A stretch of DNA of 64,000 nt from Candidatus Woesearchaeota archaeon (GTDB lineage Archaea; Nanobdellota; Nanobdellia; SCGC-AAA011-G17; GW2011-AR20), in contig JAGVYZ010000018.1 of assembly GCA_018303025.1 (NCBI GenBank), positions 5,250 to 69,249 on the forward strand, in the 5' to 3' direction. Positions 61,779 through 64,000 of the stretch are shown one piece after another (the stretch's first letter is position 1; each line of letters opens with the position of its first letter). The notes under the pieces are model-generated. The model saw only the letters and a list, made by a program, of their open reading frames with translations, was not told where the DNA came from and searched no databases. The translations under genes and the position numbers were made by a program.

Positions 61779-63102
61779 CATTATTTTTTTATTCATTTTA
61801 GTAGCAGGCTTAGCATCTGCAATAGAAGTAAACACAACAGGAAATTTAATTGGTAGTAATAGCATAGTTTTTCAAAGCTTAAGATACAATCCATACCCAG
61901 TCACTCCAGGCGATTATTTTGAAATTTGGTTCAGAGTAATAAATAATGGAAACTCAGATTTAAGCAATGTTAAATTCTCAATAACAGAAACATTTCCTTT
62001 CTCAGTTTATCCTGGAGAAAGTAAAGAGCAAACATTCTCTTCTTTGGCAAAAGGAGCAGAAGTAAATTTTAAATTTAAAATAAAAGTAGATGACAAAGCA
62101 GTAGAAAAAGATGAAAGTCTAAAAGTATTAGTAAACGATGGTCAAACATCAAGAGAATTTCCAATTACAATTCGTTCAAGATCTCCAACATTATCAATAA
62201 TCTCAGTATCAACTCAACCAGAAAGAATACAACAAGGAGAAAAAAGTAAAATAATAATCAAATTAAAAAATGACGCATCAACAATAATGCGTAATATAAA
62301 TGCAAAATTGGATATTTCCTCAACAATTTTCTCACCAGTATATTCAGTTACAGAAAAAAACATAAGAACATTAAGCCCAGGAGAAGAAGCAACATTAGAA
62401 TATGATATAATAGCAGACCCTGATGCAGATTCCAAGCCATATAATATTCCTTTCAAATTAACATATTATGATGTTCTGGATAATAAATTAACAAGCAATG
62501 AAACAATAGGTGTTATAGTAGAAAGCATGCCTAAAATAGAAATATTATTTGAAGAATCAAAAGTTTACACAAAAGGAGATAATGGTGACATTATTGTTTC
62601 AGTCAGTAATGTTGGCCCGACAAAAGTAAAATTCTTAACAATAGAATTAAACCCAGCAAAGAGTTATGATATTTTAACAGCTTCAAAAATCTATTTAGGT
62701 GACTTGGAACCAGATGATTTCCAGACAGCAACATTCAAAATAAAAACAAATTCAAAAGACGTTAATTTAAACATGAGTATAAATTATAAAAATTCATTAA
62801 ATGAAGAATTTAACAAAAATACAAATATTAAAGTTCCAATCTTCTCTTCATCAGAAGCAGTAAGTTATGGATTCAAAACAGCTAAAACAAATATCTTTTC
62901 AATAATCTTTTACTTCCTGGCTTTAATGTTTGTTTATTATGCATATAAAGAGTATAGAATTCATAAAGAACTTCCAATATCTCTAAAAATAGCTCTAAAA
63001 AGAACATTAAGAATAATAATCAGATTCATAGGATTTTTCAGGCCATCAAATCTAAGGAGTCTTCCCTACAGGATACGAAGATGGATGAGAGATGATAAGT
63101 GA
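61762..63102 (+). CDS. secreted protein with repeated beta-sandwich (CARDB/COG1361-like) modules and C-terminal TM
   Basis: Signal peptide, repeated ...PG(E/D)...(F/L)K(I/L)... modules, C-terminal TM; overlaps the ABC ATPase gene. Confidence 0.5.
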   Translation: MKTIFNIIFLFILVAGLASAIEVNTTGNLIGSNSIVFQSLRYNPYPVTPGDYFEIWFRVINNGNSDLSNVKFSITETFPFSVYPGESKEQTFSSLAKGAEVNFKFKIKVDDKAVEKDESLKVLVNDGQTSREFPITIRSRSPTLSIISVSTQPERIQQGEKSKIIIKLKNDASTIMRNINAKLDISSTIFSPVYSVTEKNIRTLSPGEEATLEYDIIADPDADSKPYNIPFKLTYYDVLDNKLTSNETIGVIVESMPKIEILFEESKVYTKGDNGDIIVSVSNVGPTKVKFLTIELNPAKSYDILTASKIYLGDLEPDDFQTATFKIKTNSKDVNLNMSINYKNSLNEEFNKNTNIKVPIFSSSEAVSYGFKTAKTNIFSIIFYFLALMFVYYAYKEYRIHKELPISLKIALKRTLRIIIRFIGFFRPSNLRSLPYRIRRWMRDDK

Positions 63103-64000
63103 TTATATTTCTTTAACAATAAACAGCATCCTTCATAGAAGATTAAGAGCCTGGTTGACTATTTTAGGCATAGTCATAGGTGTAGCTTCTATAATAGCTT
63201 TAATCTCTATTTCCCAAGGATTAAAATCATCTATTGAAGAACAGTTTGCAACTTTCGGTACTTCAAGATTATTCATAGCAGCAAAATCATTTCAAGGCCC
63301 TGGTTCAGCTTCAGAAGGCTTAACAGAAAAAGATGTAACAGCATTAGAACAAATATCAGATTTCAAATATGTCGCCCCAGTAATAGGTAAATCAGGTGAA
63401 CTAGAATATAAAAAAGAATTAAAATATACATTAATAGCAGGATTTCCAGCAGAAGAATTCTCAGAAGTTTTTGAAGATATGGGTATAGAAGTTTCAAAAG
63501 GTAGAATGTTTAATTCAGGTGAAAAATATGTAGCAGTAATAGGTTCAAGAGTTGCTACTGATTTATTTAAAGATGAATTAAGAATTAATAATAAGATTAA
63601 AATTCAGGGAGTAGACTTTAAAGTAATTGGTATTTTTGAAGAAATAGGAAATCAGCAGGATGATAATCAGATTAATATTCCTTATGAAGCAGCAAAAGAA
63701 ATTTTTAATACAGGTGATAAAGTAGATTATATTTTAGCCCAGGTTAAAGAAGGAATAGATGCAGCAGAAACAGCAAAAAAAGCAGAAAATAAATTAGAAA
63801 GAACAAGGGACGATGAAAACTTCCAGGTATTATCAGCATCACAAATAGCAGAGCAAATTAATAGTGTTCTAGGTATTATTCAGGTTGTCTTAATTGGAAT
63901 AGCAGCTATTTCTTTAGTTGTAGGTGGCATAGGTATTATGAACTCAATGTATACCTCTGTTTTAGAAAGAACAAAAGAAATAGGTATTATGAAGTCAATA
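63092..64000 (+). CDS. ABC transporter permease (MacB/FtsX-like), 3' end outside the window
   Basis: MISDYISLTINSILHRRLRAWLTILGIVIGVAS..., periplasmic domain, then ...GGIGIMNSMYTSVLERTKEIGIMKS; no stop before the window end. Confidence 0.8.
   Translation, partial: MISDYISLTINSILHRRLRAWLTILGIVIGVASIIALISISQGLKSSIEEQFATFGTSRLFIAAKSFQGPGSASEGLTEKDVTALEQISDFKYVAPVIGKSGELEYKKELKYTLIAGFPAEEFSEVFEDMGIEVSKGRMFNSGEKYVAVIGSRVATDLFKDELRINNKIKIQGVDFKVIGIFEEIGNQQDDNQINIPYEAAKEIFNTGDKVDYILAQVKEGIDAAETAKKAENKLERTRDDENFQVLSASQIAEQINSVLGIIQVVLIGIAAISLVVGGIGIMNSMYTSVLERTKEIGIMKSI

Noticed and set aside
1-64000. Integrated provirus or plasmid
   Set aside because: No integrase, capsid, terminase or replication initiator genes were recognised. 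The tRNA-Leu partial copy and the complete gene are in inverted orientation, so they cannot be att-type direct repeats.

Overview
This is a strongly AT-rich archaeal chromosome segment. Archaeal identity rests on r-proteins S13/S4/S11/L18e/L13/S9/L21e, RNA polymerase subunits D, N and F, Elp3, Pth2, a DRG-type GTPase and an archaeal-type TyrRS. The K/I/N-rich proteins, very short spacers, TATA boxes about 25 nt upstream of many ATGs and numerous orphan ORFs suggest a small-genome (DPANN-like) archaeon; that placement is inference. I annotate about 85 CDS, a stand-alone 5S rRNA and tRNA-Arg(CCU). Two tRNAs (Leu-UAG, Gly-UCC) are interrupted by long introns in the T-loop. A tRNA-Leu(CAA) copy has the 5' exon and intron start but no 3' exon in the window. 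The most unusual content is nucleic-acid level rather than a protein operon. (i) A hairpin with a fixed C.C mismatch and a purine tail occurs in the tRNA introns, in intercistronic spacers of the r-protein operon, and in frame inside ORFs (S4, Elp3, a PspC-like gene). (ii) A strand-biased GGTTCRTRAAGGG-hairpin-CCCTTA repeat family sits on gene ends and supplies stop codons. (iii) A 33-37 bp upstream element lies at exactly conserved spacing in front of three unrelated DNA-binding or nuclease-like genes (Bro-N, double-HTH nuclease-like, LAGLIDADG-like) that interrupt conserved gene order. (iv) Two single-gene cassettes (Fic, Bro-N) are bracketed by repeats. (v) A 59-nt hairpin insertion breaks the 5' end of a racemase gene. 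I saw no CRISPR array, integrase, transposase or recognisable prophage. All calls come from reading the sequence and ORF translations; no searches were run.
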